Virus record (IMG/VR): IMGVR_UViG_3300020050_013219
DNA length: 64,000 bases
Source: a virus
Lineage: Duplodnaviria > Heunggongvirae > Uroviricota > Caudoviricetes
Direction: 5' to 3' (one strand)
The position numbers were made by a program, and so were the translations under genes. Numbering within the stretch: the first letter of the stretch is position 1; each line of letters starts with the position of its first letter. The notes below the pieces were generated by a model, which saw only the letters and a program-made list of their open reading frames with translations, made no database searches and had not been told where the DNA came from. This document shows, in pieces, positions 46,495 to 56,332 of this stretch.

Positions 46495-46561
46495 GTGATT
46501 GATTATCAACCATTTATTATCTTTACCTATGAAAACTATTTATCAAATTAACTAACAAAAA

Positions 46562-47326
46562 ATGGCTACTCCAAAAACAAAAACAACAGCATTAGTTCCA
46601 ACAACAAGTAAAGCACAATCCGTAGAATTACGTAGATTAGAAATTGCAGCATTAGCTCTTAAAGTAGAAACTGATAGAAATAATATTGATGCTCAACTTA
46701 TTGCTCTTGGTATTGAAAGAAACAATATTCAAACTTCTTTTGCAAATCAATTACAAGAAGCTGAAATTACTTTTAAAGAAAGTTTAGAAGTAAAAGAATC
46801 AGAATATCAAGCTAAAATTGAAGCTTTGGAATCCTCTTATCAAGCAAAAGAATCAGAAATTAATGATAAAATTGCAAATCTTACAAATCTTCTTAACCAA
46901 AAACAAGAAGAATATAAAAGAAATTTAGAAGCTTTGACTTATCAAAACAGCATTGAAATCAGAAATACTAATATTGCAATGGCTAAAACAATTGTTGAAG
47001 CTAATAAATCTCAAGTTATTTCTAATGAAGATTTGGCAGAATTAAACAAACAAATCAAAGATGCTGAAAAGAATCTTACAATTGCTGTAAATTCTGCTGT
47101 TAAAAACGCAAAAGAATCATTGACAAGTGAATATACTTCTCAAATTCAAGAACTTAAAGTAGCTGCCCAACTTTCTGCTGTAAGTTTGACTTCATTGGAA
47201 AAAGAAAACAATTCTTTAATTAAACAAGTTGAAGAATTAAAAGCTGCTGCTAAATTGAAAGATGAGCAAGTTATCAAAATGCTTGAAGCTGCTAAATCAA
47301 ATGTTAATGTGAGTTCTGGAAAGTAA
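46562..47326 (+). CDS. Hypothetical coiled-coil protein
   Basis: 254 aa, Ala/Glu/Lys-rich heptad-like sequence. Confidence 0.55.
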   Translation: MATPKTKTTALVPTTSKAQSVELRRLEIAALALKVETDRNNIDAQLIALGIERNNIQTSFANQLQEAEITFKESLEVKESEYQAKIEALESSYQAKESEINDKIANLTNLLNQKQEEYKRNLEALTYQNSIEIRNTNIAMAKTIVEANKSQVISNEDLAELNKQIKDAEKNLTIAVNSAVKNAKESLTSEYTSQIQELKVAAQLSAVSLTSLEKENNSLIKQVEELKAAAKLKDEQVIKMLEAAKSNVNVSSGK

Positions 47327-47340
47327 ACTAAATAATCAAC

Positions 47341-48342
47341 ATGTTAAGAAAACCTGTTGATTGGTCAGATATAAAGCATATTTCAATATATGAACAGTTA
47401 AATTTGTGGTATGAATTGGTTGGTACAAGAAATTTGTATCAGCCAATTTTATCACCTTTTAGAGCTGACACTAACATTGGGGGAAATGTTTATCTTGACC
47501 ATTACAGAGGAAAAATAGTTTTGGCTGATTTTTCATGTAGAGATTTTCATAACATAGACATTTTCAACGCTTTAATTACTTATCATAATTGGAGTTTTGG
47601 TCAAATGTGTGATTATATAAAATCTAAAAATCAAAAATTATCTTTTCAGCATAGAATTGTTGAAGAAATAGATAAAAAATGTTACATTACTCCAAATGTA
47701 TTAAATGGTTTTTATAAGCCGACAATTGAGTACTTTAATACCTACGGAATTTCACATAAAAATCTCTATGATGATGGACATCTTAACGCTGATAAGATAT
47801 TTGTAAATAGATATAATAAAATAGACAAAAAACGTGTAATAGAAACTTGGCAAATGAAAACTTGCCACCTAATATTTAAGTTCAAGTCTGGAAATATGAA
47901 GCTTTACCAACCTTTGGAATCTGATTCTCGAAGTAGGTGGTGTTTATCTAATACAAATAAAGATGATTTTTTCATTATAAAAGGAGATAAATCAAGTGTA
48001 ACTATTGGTTCTTGTTATAAAGATGTCAGAGTTTTTATAAATTCTTTAAAATTAACAGGAAGTGGTATTGCAAGGCAAAACGAATCTTTGCCCAAAAATG
48101 TTGAAGAAGCTTTTGATTGGGAATGGATTTTTAGCCATGAAAAGATTTATCTTACTTATGACTTAGATAGAGCAGGAGAGGTCTTTAAACAGGCTTTAAT
48201 CAATTATATTTCTCAACATAGAGAATTACAGGTATTTGAATACCCGACAAATTTGCCTTGTAAAAATGCGTTTAATAAGACCATTAAAGATGTAGGAGAA
48301 TTATACAGATTTGATAAAACTTTAATATGTATCACAAAGTAA
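47341..48342 (+). CDS. Primase-like protein (Toprim-like 'YLTYDLDRAGE' motif)
   Basis: 333 aa with a Toprim-like DxD...G..E motif near the C-terminus and an N-terminal 'SPFRADTNIGGNVY' segment. Weak call. Confidence 0.45.
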   Translation: MLRKPVDWSDIKHISIYEQLNLWYELVGTRNLYQPILSPFRADTNIGGNVYLDHYRGKIVLADFSCRDFHNIDIFNALITYHNWSFGQMCDYIKSKNQKLSFQHRIVEEIDKKCYITPNVLNGFYKPTIEYFNTYGISHKNLYDDGHLNADKIFVNRYNKIDKKRVIETWQMKTCHLIFKFKSGNMKLYQPLESDSRSRWCLSNTNKDDFFIIKGDKSSVTIGSCYKDVRVFINSLKLTGSGIARQNESLPKNVEEAFDWEWIFSHEKIYLTYDLDRAGEVFKQALINYISQHRELQVFEYPTNLPCKNAFNKTIKDVGELYRFDKTLICITK

Positions 48343-48476
48343 CTTTTAGTTCAAGCAAAGGTATTTCTTATTGCCATACAAAAGCAACAGATGAAGCTAT
48401 TATCAAGAAAACTCTTGAAAAAGATGGTTTTAAAAATGTTGAAATCTTAGAAATTAAATTAAATGATAAAGTATGA
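48327..48476 (+). CDS. Small ORF (49 aa) overlapping the upstream gene by 16 nt and ATGA-coupled downstream
   Basis: Hand-translated MYHKVTFSSSKGISYCHTKATDEAIIKKTLEKDGFKNVEILEIKLNDKV. Confidence 0.35.
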   Translation: MYHKVTFSSSKGISYCHTKATDEAIIKKTLEKDGFKNVEILEIKLNDKV

Positions 48477-48925
48477 AACCTTATTTAGACATTTTGCAAG
48501 AATTTGAAGAAAGAAATAAACATGTTTCAGGTTCTTTAACAATTTCGGATAAACCTTTAGCAGGAAAATATGAATACTATGTTCCAGATTTCTTTAAAAT
48601 GAGTATTGGTCAAGCAATTAAAGTTTCTGAAAGTGAAACTGTTGAATTTGAAAAAAGTATTGAAAGTTTTGAAAGAATTGTTGAAAGTTTAAATAAAGTT
48701 ACAGGATTATTTGGTTCTAATTGTAAAGAATTTGATAGAATGATTGATTTTTGTAATGCTGAATATTATCAAGCATATACAGGAGAATATTGGTTTGAAA
48801 CGACTATTTTTCAGCCATATAAAAAGATATTTGTATCTTATTCAAAAAGAACAATTTCAGATAAAGATGGTTATAATTTTAAAACTTTAAAAGAATTAAT
48901 TGATTATGTTGATTCGTGGTTTTAA
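48473..48925 (+). CDS. Hypothetical protein
   Basis: 150 aa ORF. Confidence 0.55.
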   Translation: MKPYLDILQEFEERNKHVSGSLTISDKPLAGKYEYYVPDFFKMSIGQAIKVSESETVEFEKSIESFERIVESLNKVTGLFGSNCKEFDRMIDFCNAEYYQAYTGEYWFETTIFQPYKKIFVSYSKRTISDKDGYNFKTLKELIDYVDSWF

Positions 48926-48964
48926 TGCTGAACTTCTTCCCAAAATCTTGTCCATAAGGAGAGA

Positions 48965-49237
48965 TTGAGGAAAGCTAAATATGCTAAAAGATATAGATAT
49001 TATATTTCTTATTCATATTATGATACAAAAACATGGAAATGGGTTTATAAAGAAAGAACCAAAGAAGAATTAAAAGTTTATTTAGATAGCTTTTCTATTC
49101 AAAAAGGTAAAAGTAGAGCTGAAAAAAGAAAAGAAAAGGAAAAATTAAGGAAAGAAAAAGAATTGGAAACTAAAACTCATGCTTTTCAAACAATGGAAAG
49201 AAAAGGTTTTGATACAGAAAATTCTTTTAGACACTAA
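48965..49237 (+). CDS. Lys/Arg/Glu-rich small protein (TTG start in the track; low confidence)
   Basis: 90 aa ORF with no in-frame ATG near the 5' end. Confidence 0.3.
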   Translation: MRKAKYAKRYRYYISYSYYDTKTWKWVYKERTKEELKVYLDSFSIQKGKSRAEKRKEKEKLRKEKELETKTHAFQTMERKGFDTENSFRH

Positions 49238-49245
49238 CAAAATGA

Positions 49246-50031
49246 ATGTCAATTCAGACTAAAAATGGAAAAATCTCATATATTGGAACAGTAAACCCAA
49301 GTTCAAAATTAATAAAAGGTGTAAAATATAACGTAGATACATTCGGAGTATATCTAAGTCCTTCAAATTCAAGCGGTTATCAAGTTTGTCCCAAGGCTAC
49401 CAAAGGATGTATAAAATCTTGTTTGGCAGGTTCAGGACATGCAAAAATTTCAGCCACAATTCCTAAAGCTCGAATTGTTAAAACAAAATTCTTATTTGAA
49501 GAACCTGAAAGATATGCAAATATATTGGTAAAAGAAATTGAAAATGCTAAGAAATTATCAGAGAAAAAAGGTCATAAATTCGTATGCAGGTTGAATTGTA
49601 CTTCTGACTTAAATTTAGAAGATATAGGAGGGATAAATTTTCTTTCCAAATTTAGTACAGTTCAATTTTACGAATATACAAAGCGAGAAGAATTATTACC
49701 ATTAGCTAAAAAATATCCTAATCTAAATTATACTTATAGTTATGCAGGAGATATTGGTAATAATTGGGATAGATTAAAGAAAATATTAGACAATGGTCAA
49801 AATTGTGCAATAGTATTTTATCCAAATATCCCAAAATCATTTCGTGGGTATGAATGTATTGATGGTGATATTTCAGATTTACGGTATAAAGATGAAACAT
49901 CTAATATTGGAAAAATAGTGGCTTTGAAATACAAGCATGTAAAGGGAGAAACAAAAGAAGATATTCTTAATAATTCCTTTATCATAAAAACAACACTTAA
50001 CAAATTAACAAATGAATACGAAGTTATTTAG
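49246..50031 (+). CDS. Hypothetical protein
   Basis: 261 aa ORF. Confidence 0.6.
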   Translation: MSIQTKNGKISYIGTVNPSSKLIKGVKYNVDTFGVYLSPSNSSGYQVCPKATKGCIKSCLAGSGHAKISATIPKARIVKTKFLFEEPERYANILVKEIENAKKLSEKKGHKFVCRLNCTSDLNLEDIGGINFLSKFSTVQFYEYTKREELLPLAKKYPNLNYTYSYAGDIGNNWDRLKKILDNGQNCAIVFYPNIPKSFRGYECIDGDISDLRYKDETSNIGKIVALKYKHVKGETKEDILNNSFIIKTTLNKLTNEYEVI

Positions 50032-50299
50032 TTTATTCATATTATTCTTATGTTCTTGTGGAAATTCTATCCACAGTGGAACAGTAATTCAAAAGTATTA
50101 TGAACCTGAAAGACATTATACTTATATTACATACATGCACATTGGAAAAACTATGATTCCACAAGTTCATACAGGTTTTGATGATGAAGACTTTGTAATA
50201 GAAGTTAAAAAAGGAGAACTAAAAGAAAGTTTCTACTTAGATAAAAATACTTGGGATAGTATTAAAATCGGTCAATATTTTACAGATACAATAAAATGA
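50012..50299 (+). CDS. Lipoprotein (lipobox ...LFLCSCG)
   Basis: 95 aa with a signal peptide followed by Cys. Confidence 0.55.
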   Translation: MNTKLFSLFILFLCSCGNSIHSGTVIQKYYEPERHYTYITYMHIGKTMIPQVHTGFDDEDFVIEVKKGELKESFYLDKNTWDSIKIGQYFTDTIK

Positions 50300-50616
50300 C
50301 AAAACAAGAAAAATTATTTTTATATAAAACTGCTTTAGAATATATAGCAGAAGGTAAAGAAACTCTTTGCGGTTTATGCAACATGTTACAAACAATTGCT
50401 AATAGAAGTAAAAAAATTATAGACATTTATTATCATTTAGAAATGACAGAAGTAAATGGTTTATTTAGTAAGGCTACATCTGGAGGTTTTGAGGAACTTA
50501 CTGACCAAATGATTGGGAAACCGTTTGACGAATATTGGTTTCCAGAAGGAGAATGGAATGAAAGAAAACAATTATTGTTAAACGCAATTAATATTTTAGA
50601 AAATGAAACTACCTGA
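50296..50616 (+). CDS. Hypothetical protein
   Basis: 106 aa ORF. Confidence 0.5.
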   Translation: MTKQEKLFLYKTALEYIAEGKETLCGLCNMLQTIANRSKKIIDIYYHLEMTEVNGLFSKATSGGFEELTDQMIGKPFDEYWFPEGEWNERKQLLLNAINILENETT

Positions 50617-50941
50617 AATTGGTAAAATTTATCATTATTTTGATGATGGTAAGATAAGATTAACCAGAAGAGAAGAAGTTATAATAACTGAAATTATACC
50701 TTTTAATGAAATTGATTCTGAAACTCTTAGAGATTGGAAAGAAGAAGTAATTAAGTGCCATTGGTTATATGCAAAAGAAACAGACTATTTTATCAAAGCC
50801 GAACTTAAAATAGAAAAAGACTTATATTATTTAGTATTTGTAAGAACTCTTGATAATAGATGGTTTAGCTTAGGTTGGTGGGCAGGAGTATTAGATGTAG
50901 ATGGAACTTTAAATAATAGATTAAATGAACATACAGTATAA
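50603..50941 (+). CDS. Hypothetical protein
   Basis: 112 aa ORF. Confidence 0.5.
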   Translation: MKLPEIGKIYHYFDDGKIRLTRREEVIITEIIPFNEIDSETLRDWKEEVIKCHWLYAKETDYFIKAELKIEKDLYYLVFVRTLDNRWFSLGWWAGVLDVDGTLNNRLNEHTV

Positions 50942-51311
50942 CACAGCAAAACTTGCTAAGGAAAAAGGATTTGACTGGCAAACATTATCTTTTTATGACT
51001 TAGAAGATAAGCGATTAATTAATGATAGAATAGGAAGTTTAGGGGGGCATGATTGTTGTTCTACTAACCCTTTGTATCATTACGAAATAGAAGATATTTT
51101 AGCTGCTCCAACTCAATCAGAACTTCAAAAATGGTTACGTGAAATTCATAATTTATTTGTTATTATAGATTACAATGGTAAATTTGAATATACAAAATGG
51201 TTTTACACTATAAAGAGTGATACAAATCAAAAAGTATTTGATGGAGGGTATTGGGATACTTATGAAGAATGTCTTGAAGTAGCTTTGTTAGAATCACTAA
51301 AATTAATATGA
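50925..51311 (+). CDS. Hypothetical protein
   Basis: 128 aa ORF. Confidence 0.5.
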   Translation: MNIQYNTAKLAKEKGFDWQTLSFYDLEDKRLINDRIGSLGGHDCCSTNPLYHYEIEDILAAPTQSELQKWLREIHNLFVIIDYNGKFEYTKWFYTIKSDTNQKVFDGGYWDTYEECLEVALLESLKLI

Positions 51312-51640
51312 AAGCTGAAAACATAACAAAAAGTCCATCAGGATATATAAAATGTACATTAAATGGTATTAAAATTGAAGGTTCAGAAGACCAAGTTAAT
51401 GCTATTTTACATGCAAATGGTTGTGAACCTTTGAAGTTTGAACCTCAACATTGGTCTGAAACAAAGCAAGAATGGATTCCAATTAAAGATATGGCAGCTA
51501 AACATATTCAAAACTATCTTTTTAATCTATATGGTTCAGTAGATATGGAAGACATTATAGATGCTTTAAAACATAATAGTGGAAATCTTAGAGATTATTT
51601 AAGAAGATTAATAACTGTTTACGATAACTATAAAAAATGA
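51308..51640 (+). CDS. Hypothetical protein
   Basis: 110 aa ORF. Confidence 0.5.
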   Translation: MKAENITKSPSGYIKCTLNGIKIEGSEDQVNAILHANGCEPLKFEPQHWSETKQEWIPIKDMAAKHIQNYLFNLYGSVDMEDIIDALKHNSGNLRDYLRRLITVYDNYKK

Positions 51641-51783
51641 AAAAATATCTAAATGAAGGAACAAAATCAGAACAAATTGTAACTGTAATTAGTGAACATG
51701 GTATTTATACTAAAATAGAATATTCAACAGGTGAAATAGGAGAAGTTCTTACTTCTCAACTAACTGATATAAATGCTGATTGA
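51637..51783 (+). CDS. Small ORF (48 aa), ATGA-coupled upstream
   Basis: Hand-translated MKKYLNEGTKSEQIVTVISEHGIYTKIEYSTGEIGEVLTSQLTDINAD. Confidence 0.35.
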   Translation: MKKYLNEGTKSEQIVTVISEHGIYTKIEYSTGEIGEVLTSQLTDINAD

Positions 51784-51795
51784 ACTATTTAAGTT

Positions 51796-52203
51796 GTGTT
51801 AAAGAAACCTAAAACAATAGAACAGGAAAGAAAAGATTTTCTTATACCAATATTAAGAAAAGCAAGTGTAAGATGGAAATATAGATTGATAGCAAAAGAA
51901 AAAGCAAGGAGGGTTTCTCAATCTTCAAATAAAAGATTGAAATGGGAATTTCAGTGTGCCTGTTGTTCCCAATGGTTTGATAATCAAGGAGTTGAGTTAG
52001 ACCATGTTCAAAGTATTAGTTCTTGGGAATCTTGGGAATCCTTTATAGAAAAATTATTTTGTGATGAATCTAATTATCAAGTACTTTGTAAGCATGACCA
52101 TTTGGCGAAAAGTAAAAAAGAAAATGAAGAAAGAGTTGAAATTAGGAAAGCTAATAAACCTGTTGTTGAAAAGAAAACTAAGAAAAATGTTAAAAAAACT
52201 TAG
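51796..52203 (+). CDS. HNH endonuclease (free-standing)
   Basis: 'CACCSQWF...GVELDHVQSIS...CKHDHLAK' fits the HNH C..C...DH...N...C..H zinc-finger nuclease pattern. GTG start. Confidence 0.7.
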   Translation: MLKKPKTIEQERKDFLIPILRKASVRWKYRLIAKEKARRVSQSSNKRLKWEFQCACCSQWFDNQGVELDHVQSISSWESWESFIEKLFCDESNYQVLCKHDHLAKSKKENEERVEIRKANKPVVEKKTKKNVKKT

Positions 52204-52366
52204 ACCTTATCAAATATTATATTGGCAAGCAATTATGAAATTGAATTATTTTGCTGATGAATATTTGAAAACTATAAACAAGTGATATTCATTTTATGTT
52301 TACCAATAGTTCTAAACTTCATACTTTGGTGTGTTAGTTTAGAATTTAATTATTATTTGCAAAGTT

Positions 52367-52388
52367 TACCAAATGATTTAGTTTGGTA
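52367..52388 (+). terminator. Hairpin (taccaaa / tgatttag / tttggta) followed by ttatttt; a weak terminator or regulatory hairpin after the HNH gene
   Basis: Read directly. A second inverted repeat ttctaaac/gtttagaa (52310-52344) and a direct repeat gtttaccaa (52298 and 52364) lie in the same gap. Confidence 0.35.
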
Positions 52389-52424
52389 TTATTTTAGCGG
52401 AATCATTTATTTAATTAACAAAAT

Positions 52425-52907
52425 ATGAAAGTAAAATTTAAAAAATTACATGAAAGTGCAGTTATCCCTTCTTATGCTAAACAGGGTGATGCAGGAATGG
52501 ATTTAACTGCTATTTCAATTAATGTTACAGATGATTATATTGAATATGGAACAGGTTTAGCTTTTGAAATTCCTGAAAATCATGTTGGTTTATTATTTCC
52601 AAGAAGTAGTATTTCTAAAAAAGATTTATGTCTTGCAAATTCTGTTGGTGTAATTGACAGTGGATATAGGGGAGAAGTTAAACTTAGATTTAAAATACTA
52701 CATGACTTTCAAGAACTTACTGAAAAAGAAGGAAACAGATTGTTTTTCATACAAAATGAAGAAGAAATGTATGCTTATATTTATGATATTGGAGAAAGAA
52801 TTGGTCAATTAATTATATTACCTTATCCAAATATTGAACTTGAAGAAGGAGAATTATCAAATTCTGAAAGAGGAGAAGGTTCATTTGGACATACAAACAG
52901 ATTATGA
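52425..52907 (+). CDS. dut: dUTP diphosphatase (dUTPase)
   Basis: All five dUTPase motifs: 'GDAGMDL', 'PRSSISKK', 'GVIDSGYRGEV', 'GERIGQLIILP' and 'RGEGSFGHT'. Confidence 0.85.
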   Translation: MKVKFKKLHESAVIPSYAKQGDAGMDLTAISINVTDDYIEYGTGLAFEIPENHVGLLFPRSSISKKDLCLANSVGVIDSGYRGEVKLRFKILHDFQELTEKEGNRLFFIQNEEEMYAYIYDIGERIGQLIILPYPNIELEEGELSNSERGEGSFGHTNRL

Positions 52908-54253
52908 AATACACAGTAGAATATTGCAAAAATAACAAAGTAGCCATATTTGTAGATAATGAAAAAGATTTAATCTCTTTACATTCTACATTTAATATAA
53001 AATCTCCTTTATTTACAATGGGAGTAAATTACTTTTTTAATTTTAATTCAAAGTATGGTTATGGTAATGGTGGTCATTACTTAAAAGACAATTACGAATT
53101 AATCACTTTTCAAGAATTTATGCAAAATCAGACAAAAAAATTAACAGAATTTACAGACAAAGATGTAATCCATTGTCCAACAGAAGAAATTGCAAATAAA
53201 ATATGCAAATTGTTGCATGATAAAGGGTTTACATGGTGTAGTGGAAGCTCTTATATAGGTCATAATAATTGGAGACCATATCAAGAAGAAACTTGTTATT
53301 TGGTTTTAAAAGAACGATATGATTCTAAGAATTTTTATGAAAACGAAGGTACAATTCACAAAGCTGAAGATATTTTAGCTTTATACACTGTTTCCGAAGA
53401 AAAACTTCCTGAAGAATATATTGTAGAATGTAAAATAGTAGAAGAATGTAATATTGTAGCAAGTCATATTAAAGAAGTAGATTATGATTGTTTATCAGTT
53501 TTCAGATATGTTATTAATTCCAAAATACTTGGGAAAGATTCAACTTTATACTATAATATTCCTGGCAAATGTAGCCATCTTCCTATATTAACATTTCAAC
53601 AATTTCAAGAACAAATTATGAACATACAAAAGATAATTGGGTATAAAGCTCCTTATGATTTAGCAGGAGGAATGGTTAAAAAAGGTACTATTTATAAAAA
53701 AGTACAAGAAGATGATAGATTTTATGCTCCAGAAGGTAAAATATCAAAAACAACTTTACCAAAAGAAATTGTTGAAACTTGGGAAGCTGTATTTGAAGAA
53801 GAATTTAAAGTTGGAGATTGGGTTTATTTAATTAAACCTTGCAGTACTTCAAATAATAAAGTGGGTAAAATAGGTAAATTGTCTGTAATTGAAGAAGGGA
53901 GTTTATCAGAATTTGGTAAATGTGATTTGTATAAACTCGGAAGTTGGTATGAACATGTTTCAGGAATTAGAAAAGCTACACAGTCTGAAATTGATTCTCT
54001 TTTCACCAAAACTTTAACTCTAAGTAATGGAAAAGAGGTTATTGTTAAAAGAGGAATTATTACCGCTAATAATGAAAATGTATCTCTCATTAGATGGAAA
54101 GCTTTATTAGAAACTGGTAAAAAGATTAATAGTTATGATGTAGAATTAACTGATGCAACTTTTAAAATTGGTTGTTGGACTGGAGTTAAATTAACTGATA
54201 TTCAGTTAATTATAAAAACAGCAGAAGAACAGATTGAACTAATGAAAGATTGA
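52904..54253 (+). CDS. Hypothetical protein (449 aa), ATGA-coupled to the dUTPase
   Basis: Long ORF with no recognised motif. Confidence 0.65.
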   Translation: MKYTVEYCKNNKVAIFVDNEKDLISLHSTFNIKSPLFTMGVNYFFNFNSKYGYGNGGHYLKDNYELITFQEFMQNQTKKLTEFTDKDVIHCPTEEIANKICKLLHDKGFTWCSGSSYIGHNNWRPYQEETCYLVLKERYDSKNFYENEGTIHKAEDILALYTVSEEKLPEEYIVECKIVEECNIVASHIKEVDYDCLSVFRYVINSKILGKDSTLYYNIPGKCSHLPILTFQQFQEQIMNIQKIIGYKAPYDLAGGMVKKGTIYKKVQEDDRFYAPEGKISKTTLPKEIVETWEAVFEEEFKVGDWVYLIKPCSTSNNKVGKIGKLSVIEEGSLSEFGKCDLYKLGSWYEHVSGIRKATQSEIDSLFTKTLTLSNGKEVIVKRGIITANNENVSLIRWKALLETGKKINSYDVELTDATFKIGCWTGVKLTDIQLIIKTAEEQIELMKD

Positions 54254-55197
54254 TAAATTATTTTCGTTATCCTGCACTCAATAGTTCATTGATAAAGTTC
54301 TTACTTAATATGAAAAGTGATGATAAAGAAAGATGGATAAAACCTTTCGATAAAGGCTCTATACTTGATTTCTATCTCACTGAATATGAGGACTTTAACA
54401 ATTTCTTTGAAGTAGTAGATGTAGAAGAACCTTCCAAAACAACAAATGATGGAAAGTTTGCAAGTGCTTGTATAGCACAAAAAATAGGTAAGGGGGAAAC
54501 TTATAATTATGAGGAAGCTCATGCTAAGGTTGGAATAAAACAACCTTATGAATCTTTTATTGAAAATTATAAGTATTTTCCTTACCTTGAAACTTATCTC
54601 AAAAAGAAATTTAGTGATAAGAATGTAGTAATAAAAGCTGATGTAGAATTAGCTCAAAGAATGGTTTTAAAACTTGTAAATAGTCGGGTAAATCATTGCA
54701 AATATTTTGTATTTATAAAAGATGTTTATGAAACTTATGGACAGAGTGAGATATATGGACAATACAATGGTTGTCCATGTAAAATAAAAGCAGATAGAGT
54801 TATTGTGGACTATATCAATAAAACTGTACAATTGATGGATATTAAAAGTATGGGAGATTATAGTAGTAATTTTGACCAAAGCTTTGAATACTTCAAGTAT
54901 TCAATTCAGGCTGATTTTTATTGGATGGTTTTTAACGAAATGAATTGGGTTTCTCCAAATTTTGATAAAAGTAAAATAGAAGGTTTTACTTTATTAGAAG
55001 ATTTCATATTCTTAGCTATACCTACAAATGATTCAGCTTCATTAGATTATAAATACAAAGTTTGCAAACAAAACCCTGACATTTTGAAAGCCATAGAAAT
55101 GTATAAACAAATGGATGAAGCAGGAGTTAATAAAACAAAACAAAATTATTATGAATTAGTAAATAGTATGGAAGAAATTGAACTAGATAGTAAATGA
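54250..55197 (+). CDS. Hypothetical protein; possible PD-(D/E)XK nuclease ('KADRVIVDY...VQLMDIKS')
   Basis: 315 aa. A D...(D/E)xK-like arrangement was recognised by eye only. Confidence 0.55.
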   Translation: MINYFRYPALNSSLIKFLLNMKSDDKERWIKPFDKGSILDFYLTEYEDFNNFFEVVDVEEPSKTTNDGKFASACIAQKIGKGETYNYEEAHAKVGIKQPYESFIENYKYFPYLETYLKKKFSDKNVVIKADVELAQRMVLKLVNSRVNHCKYFVFIKDVYETYGQSEIYGQYNGCPCKIKADRVIVDYINKTVQLMDIKSMGDYSSNFDQSFEYFKYSIQADFYWMVFNEMNWVSPNFDKSKIEGFTLLEDFIFLAIPTNDSASLDYKYKVCKQNPDILKAIEMYKQMDEAGVNKTKQNYYELVNSMEEIELDSK

Positions 55198-55679
55198 TAA
55201 CAGAAAACCAAATTATTTATTGGTTTATTTTAAGAATCCGTTGGGACTATTATTTCAAAGGAATACCTATTAAAACAGGTCAATTTTGTAAATTCCAAGA
55301 TAAAATGTTCCTTTTAGACGATGAAAATCTCTATTTTTACAGTAGAGAAGAATTTAACTTAGAAAATGAAAATGTGGGAAGTTTAAGAGATAAATTAAAA
55401 AAATACACGCTTCCCATTGATAAAAGAATTGTTCAAGTACTTAAATCAGCTAAAAAAATAGAAGATTTAAGACTTCTTTACGACCATAAAGTTGTGAAGG
55501 AATTTCAAAAAAAACTTAAAGATGTACCAAGTTTAGAAGCTCCTTTTAAAATCATGTTAGGAGAAATAGACCTTGATACAGAATTGCAACTTGCTCTTAT
55601 AGATGAAAATTATGAAGAAGCAGCAATTATTAGAGACACAATAAACATTAACAACATCTTAAAAAATCTTTTTATATGA
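55194..55679 (+). CDS. Hypothetical protein
   Basis: 161 aa ORF. Confidence 0.5.
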   Translation: MITENQIIYWFILRIRWDYYFKGIPIKTGQFCKFQDKMFLLDDENLYFYSREEFNLENENVGSLRDKLKKYTLPIDKRIVQVLKSAKKIEDLRLLYDHKVVKEFQKKLKDVPSLEAPFKIMLGEIDLDTELQLALIDENYEEAAIIRDTININNILKNLFI

Positions 55680-56332
55680 CACAAATTGTTCCTATTTTGA
55701 ACAGAAAAGAAAATCTTAATTTCCAAGTACCAATAGCTTTGGAAGGACTTTTAAATGAATCAGAAACCATTAGAGATGGAATAGATTCTTTTTATTATTT
55801 AGAAAAAAACTTTGATAAAAATTGGTTTCTCTTTACACCTGTTAGACATGAATATTTAATGAAAATTGATGGAAGGAAACATACTTTCCAATCAATATCT
55901 GAAATGCAAAAATATATCTATAATTCAAACCACAATGATTATTCTTTCAGAGGAATAATTTTCTATTGTGGATTTTTTGTAGAGGAAAAGTTTGAATGTG
56001 AAGATATTTTAGATTTGAATAAAGAAGTAAAATATTTACTTAAATCAGATAAAATTAACTGTTCTGCACCTTCAAAAAACAACAAAAGATTCTTTACAAG
56101 CAGAATCAGAGAATGGGTTAAAAATCAAAATTTAACTGATTCTATGCCCATTTGGTGCAATGTAGAAGGATTTGAGCTTGCAGATTTAAACTTAATTTTA
56201 GAAGATGAAATTCCTGAATTAGCACTTGTTTCTATTCCTGAAAATGTTGTTGAATTAGAAGAACTTAAAAAAGTTCCTGATAATAACAAAGTAACTTTCT
56301 TTGCAAAAATAAGAAAAATGTTTGGTTTATGA
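55676..56332 (+). CDS. Hypothetical protein
   Basis: 218 aa ORF. Confidence 0.55.
   Translation: MTQIVPILNRKENLNFQVPIALEGLLNESETIRDGIDSFYYLEKNFDKNWFLFTPVRHEYLMKIDGRKHTFQSISEMQKYIYNSNHNDYSFRGIIFYCGFFVEEKFECEDILDLNKEVKYLLKSDKINCSAPSKNNKRFFTSRIREWVKNQNLTDSMPIWCNVEGFELADLNLILEDEIPELALVSIPENVVELEELKKVPDNNKVTFFAKIRKMFGL

Noticed and set aside
52061-52285. Lys-rich 74-aa ORF overlapping the 3' end of the HNH gene in another frame
   Set aside because: It comes from the A-rich coding sequence of the HNH C-terminus. It has no independent support.
52425-52907. Intron or intein interrupting the dUTPase next to the HNH gene
   Set aside because: The dUTPase carries all five motifs in order, in a 160-aa uninterrupted ORF. 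The HNH gene is free-standing.
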